From Tubulanus polymorphus (lineage: Eukaryota > Animalia > Nemertea): 64,000 bases of DNA. Within the stretch, counting starts at the first letter, position 1. Every line of letters begins with the position of its first letter. The stretch covers positions 5,816,275 to 5,880,274 of the forward strand of contig NC_134032.1 in NCBI RefSeq assembly GCF_964204645.1, in the 5' to 3' direction. Shown here in pieces: positions 60,430 to 64,000 of the stretch. The notes under the pieces are model-generated. The model was not told the DNA's origin and made no database searches. It saw only the letters and a program-made list of their open reading frames with translations. A program made the translations under genes and the position numbers.

Positions 60430-60930
60430 TTAAGTGACCGAGTAAACTACTAAGTTATGCGCGCATTTTAACATACTACGCACTTGGCGCACCATATCTG
60501 CCTCCACTATACGAAGGCCAGATTTGGTGTAGTGGATTCCGTCAAATTGGGTGTGCTGGAGGTCAGGATGTTCGATGTGAATGAAGCCAGCTCTCTCAGC
60601 TAATATATTCACTCGGTGGATTCGGCGGATAGTGTCCGAGTTGTTTCTGCAGACTGGGGGATTGGAACTCCCAGGTGGAACAGCTTTTTCCCGGGGCACC
60701 CCTTGCACAGTATGCGATATACCTCTATAATCGCGGGCATTGATATCAGTGGTGCCCTGGGATTCTTGGGTGGGGTTTTACATTCCTGACAATCTTTGAA
60801 GCTTCTGACATAGATCCGGATAAGCGCGCTTTCTTGCCAGGTCTCCAGAATCGTTCGCGGGCCTTCAGCTCAGTTGTTATGTACACCGTGATGTTTTCCG
60901 GCAAACCCGTCATGCAGCTCGGTGATTACT
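60430..60930 (-). pseudogene. Degenerate SGNH-esterase-like ORF
   Basis: FIHIEHPDLQHTQFDGIHYTKSG (block V DGxH), with GTTDI (block III-like) upstream in another frame. Confidence 0.5.
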
Positions 60931-61699
60931 CTGTTTGTCAAACTAAAGTCTATCCCAGTGGTTATTACCGCGGCATTTCAATCTCAAAGAGCCAGTATCA
61001 ACAACAATTCAATTGATACAGACAGCTGTAAGTGGTCAAACTCACTCTGAGCATCGCTGCTTTGCTGGACCCCAGCTGCTTGTTACTATGGTTACAGGCG
61101 AATAAAGAGCAAAACTTTTCCAGAATTAACCCAAGAAAATGAAGTAATAAGCAATGAAAATTCAGTTTTGAAGTCTTGTTGCATTCAAGAGTGAATATTT
61201 TCGCTGGATGCTGAAGTCAGTGTTCATTTACATTATGAAGTGTCAAAACCAATTTCCAAGTTGAAAGATTATATTCAGACGGTGTTTCAAGCAGAACAAC
61301 AGCACTGGACTCATGAGATAATTCCAGATAACTAAAAATAATATATCCATGGACTCTGAAGAGTTTATAGGTGTACAGAATCAATCAGATTGAATTTGCC
61401 TCATGACACGATTATTCCCAAAATGAAACTAAAAATTCAAGAAAGGATTTAGTAAAAATGATGATGTTTGCTATATCCTTTAATGAATGGCCAGTTGATG
61501 GTATATTATTCACTCTTGAATGCAGTAGTCGCTTGACCTCAATTACTCGTAAGGAGTGATTGAAACGACAGGGATCCAGATATATTAGTGTAACAACTCT
61601 TTGGTACACCGCGGTCATAACTACTGGGATAGACTGTACCACTCGATGCCGTAGGCATTTAGTCCCCAAAATGGGCTTGAGAAGCAGTATACCATCTCA

Positions 61700-62584
61700 A
61701 ACACTGCAACTAGACTTCTACCAAGGCGGGTATACTGTTTAGACTGCTGCGGGGATGGTTTCGGCTGATCAGCCAGCTGGGCATCGAGGATATCCTTTTT
61801 AGTGACTCCAAGGGTGGTAAGGATATGACCAATTGTTGCCTTTTTGTCCATCGGTAGGCCTATGGTGTCCGTAGGACCACACGATGGGCAATCGCCATGC
61901 TTTCTCCTCGGCCGTCTAGACAAAGCGTCAGCATTTCCATGCAGTCGCCCCGGTCCATGTTGAATTTCGAAGTCGTACTCGGATAGCCGTTCATTCCAGC
62001 GGGCAATCTGGCCTTCTGGTTCCTTAAAGTTTCTGAGCCACTTTAAAGTGGCGTGGTCTGTCCGGAGGATGAACTTCTTACCCACCAGAGCCAACATTTC
62101 TTTTCTAGTGGTGCAGTAATTTTCCTCACCGCTCCGCAACGTGCGACCCGCTACGCGATCACTCGTTCAATGGCTGACTTGTCACGCTGCGATAGGACTG
62201 CTCCAATGGTGAAGTCACTGGCGTCACAGTCAACAATAAATGAGGGTCTCTCCGGGCTGAAGTTCGGAAATCCAAGCACTGGGGGATTCATGAGTATCGC
62301 TTTCAGAGTTGTGAACGCCTTCTGTTTCTTGAACCACCCTTTTTCATTAGATGGTACAGCGGGGTCACAATGGTCGAGTAGTCTGCGATAAACTTCGAAT
62401 ATTACGAGACCAGTCCATTAAATGAGCGAAGCTCAATCATATTGGTCGGTGTTGGCCAGTAAGGGATACGTTTACACTTCTGATGATCTGTCTGTATCCC
62501 CTCACCGCTGATGAAATGCCCTAGGAATGTGACTGTCGATATTTCCTCGATATATACAACTACGTCTCTATAGTACGAGAACAC
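61700..62584 (-). mobile_element. Ty3/Gypsy LTR-retrotransposon pol remnant (RT thumb / RNase H)
   Basis: VTFLGHFISGEGIQTD, WPTPTNMIELRSF, NYCTTRKEMLA, FILRTDHATLKWL, GQIARW and HGNADALSR. Confidence 0.9.
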
Positions 62585-62683
62585 CGTTTATTCTGCCTAA
62601 TCCCACCAACCCCGGTGAGCGTTGGAGCATGGAAAATATATAAGTTAATCTACCGTTTCAATGACTAAATCATATCTCCAACA

Positions 62684-64000
62684 CTCTCCGGGGGTGAACG
62701 AGTTACATAATATTAATTAGGAGAAATTTCAAAAAATTCGGTTCTTGGCTTCTGTTTTGGCTCGTCTTGGTAACCGATCATCTTCTGCATGAGTTCTAGT
62801 TCGGCCATCTTCTTCTGCATGAGTTCTAGTTCGGCCATTTTCTTCTGCATGAGTTCTAGTTCGGCCATCTTCTGCTGCATGAGTTCGTCTATCGTCTTCG
62901 ACGTCTATGTTGGTGTATTTGACATCTGGACTGGCTCGTAGTTCAAGCGGATACAGCTTGGACACTGCTCGGTTCGTGAAACCATTTGCTGTCTTTAATG
63001 CAACAGATCTACATATTCTATCTGGTCCATAGAACAGTTCTGTCACTAGTCCCAACTTCCATTTAAGCCTTGGCGTTTCTTCATGTATGATCACCACTTC
63101 GCCAACCTTTATTTGTTCTTCTTTTCCAGATCGTTGATTATACTCTCTTAGGGCTGTAAGATACTCTTTAGACCATCGACTACGAAATCGCGTTAATATA
63201 TCTTCTAGGTCTCACGTCTGCTTCATTCTTCTGAATCTGGAAGTCTGGATCTTCCAGCTCTTCCGGGGTGATAAAATCATGTGGAAGTGTAGTCAGCCGA
63301 TGACCACACATCAGCTGCGACGGTGTAACAGGGGCTTCATCGTTTATGTCGGTAGAACTGTACGTCAGTGGTCTGTCGTTGACGATAGCCTCTGCTTCCG
63401 ATACCACTGTCCGAAAGTCATCAAACGAGATATGAGCTCTTCCTATAACCTTCTTCAATACCATCTTCACAATGCCAACTAAACGCTCCCAAAAGCCTCC
63501 ATGCCATGGAGCCCTTTTCGTTATGAAGGACCACGCTACTCCTTTCTTCGACACATATTCTGATGCTTTCTTGAAGGTTGCAGCATTATCAGTCAAAACC
63601 TTCTTTGGTAGAGATCTACGGCTTACAAATCTTCTAAAAGCTCTCGTGAACGATTCTGTAGACTGATCTTCTGTGACTTCCAAATGTAAACCTCTACTCA
63701 CTGAGCATGTGAATAGACAGACATAGCACTTCTGAGATTCTGACATCATCTTCACGTTGAAGGGACCAGCAAAGTCAATACCAGTATGGAAAAACGCGGG
63801 AACATCTGCTACTCGCGCACCTGGCAACGGTGGCTCGACAGGAAGCTTGAATGGACGACCTGATAGTTTACGACAGGCGACACATTGACGGACCATACTC
63901 TTCACTAACTGACGTACACACGAAATCCAAAACGACTGTCGGATGAAAGTTACGGTTGAATTAATCCCAAGATGGAAAACTCCCTCATGTGCATCTCGAA
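62684..64000 (-). mobile_element. BEL/Pao LTR-retrotransposon 3' pol region (integrase + C-terminal domain), running off the window
   Basis: CVAC zinc finger, TGIDFAGP, LTDNAATF, APWHGGFWERLV, EAIVNDRPLT and PRLKWKLGLV...RAVSKLYPLE. A PPT-like CCCCGGAGAG precedes TG (minus strand) at 62683. Confidence 0.93.
62780..62890. repeat. 30-bp in-frame tandem repeat in the BEL ORF tail (EEDGRTRTHA)x~4
   Basis: TCTTCTGCATGAGTTCTAGTTCGGCCATCT repeated. Confidence 0.85.

Overview
Eukaryotic, AT-rich, repeat-dense animal DNA with spliceosomal GT-AG introns, most likely a marine invertebrate (inference); no prokaryotic operons, CRISPR arrays or rRNA are seen. Two host genes can be reconstructed by hand. 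The first is a 5-exon short-chain dehydrogenase of the SDR16C (RDH10/SDR16C5/HSD17B11-like) family, 11129-23604 (+), 307 aa. The second is a RITA1-like gene (RBPJ-interacting and tubulin-associated), 43000-50052 (+), with 2 coding exons and 235 aa. Most of the rest is mobile and repetitive DNA, often nested. The RITA intron holds a near-intact piggyBac inside a TA-flanked MITE, which appears to sit inside a Helentron-like host. A ~6.4 kb concentric stack of inverted-repeat elements (26.7-33.1 kb) carries shared minisatellites. A 3.8 kb 59-bp satellite lies inside a hAT-like element. Also present are a 252-bp near-perfect hairpin, a CR1/L2-type LINE whose ORF1 combines zinc knuckles with an SGNH esterase, and Gypsy and BEL/Pao LTR-retrotransposon remnants at the right end. 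All calls come from reading the sequence; no searches were run.
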